Source: Octopus bimaculoides (Eukaryota). From it: DNA of 37,580 bases. The stretch lies in the NCBI RefSeq assembly GCF_001194135.2, contig NC_068990.1, forward strand, positions 3,239,466 through 3,277,045. Reading direction: 5' to 3'. Below the pieces are notes generated by a model, which saw only the letters and a list, made by a program, of their open reading frames with translations, was not told the DNA's origin and did not search any database. Positions 37,410 through 37,580 of this stretch are shown in pieces (within the stretch, counting starts at the first letter, position 1; each line of letters starts with the position of its first letter). A program made the translations under genes and the position numbers.

Positions 37410-37580
37410 ACATGCATACAAACACACACACCACACACCACACATCACACACACACAAACATATATATATGTGAATATGTGTGTGTGTGTGTGTATGTGT
37501 GTGTGTGTGTGTGTGTGTTTGAGTGTGTGAGTGTATATATACAAATATATATATATACATGTATATATATATATACATGT
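37410..37580. repeat. (CA)/(TG)/(TA) microsatellite mosaic
   Basis: Direct. Confidence 0.9.

Overview
Eukaryotic, AT-rich, very microsatellite-dense, mostly non-coding DNA with five assembly gaps. The SINE families and (TA)/(TG)/(GATA) density look like an octopus (cephalopod) genome; this is an inference from recognition of the repeats, not from a search. No complete protein-coding gene is supported. Most listed ORFs are microsatellite or N-run artefacts. Well-supported content: a decayed Tc1 (DD34E) element with both TIRs, a deleted DD41D Tc1/mariner element carrying a SINE, a mini-mariner, a ~2 kb decayed RTE-clade LINE, many copies of three tRNA-derived SINE families (labelled A, B, E here), and a MITE-like perfect inverted repeat. 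The most unusual signals are structural: two minimal hammerhead-ribozyme-like motifs (14958, 33390), each just before an assembly gap; a ~680 bp palindrome (22453-23129); and a two-copy repeat family (C) with a long hairpin whose tip differs by an exact 31-nt stem-loop. Weak splice and promoter signals suggest the window may be the 5' end and long first intron(s) of a plus-strand gene.
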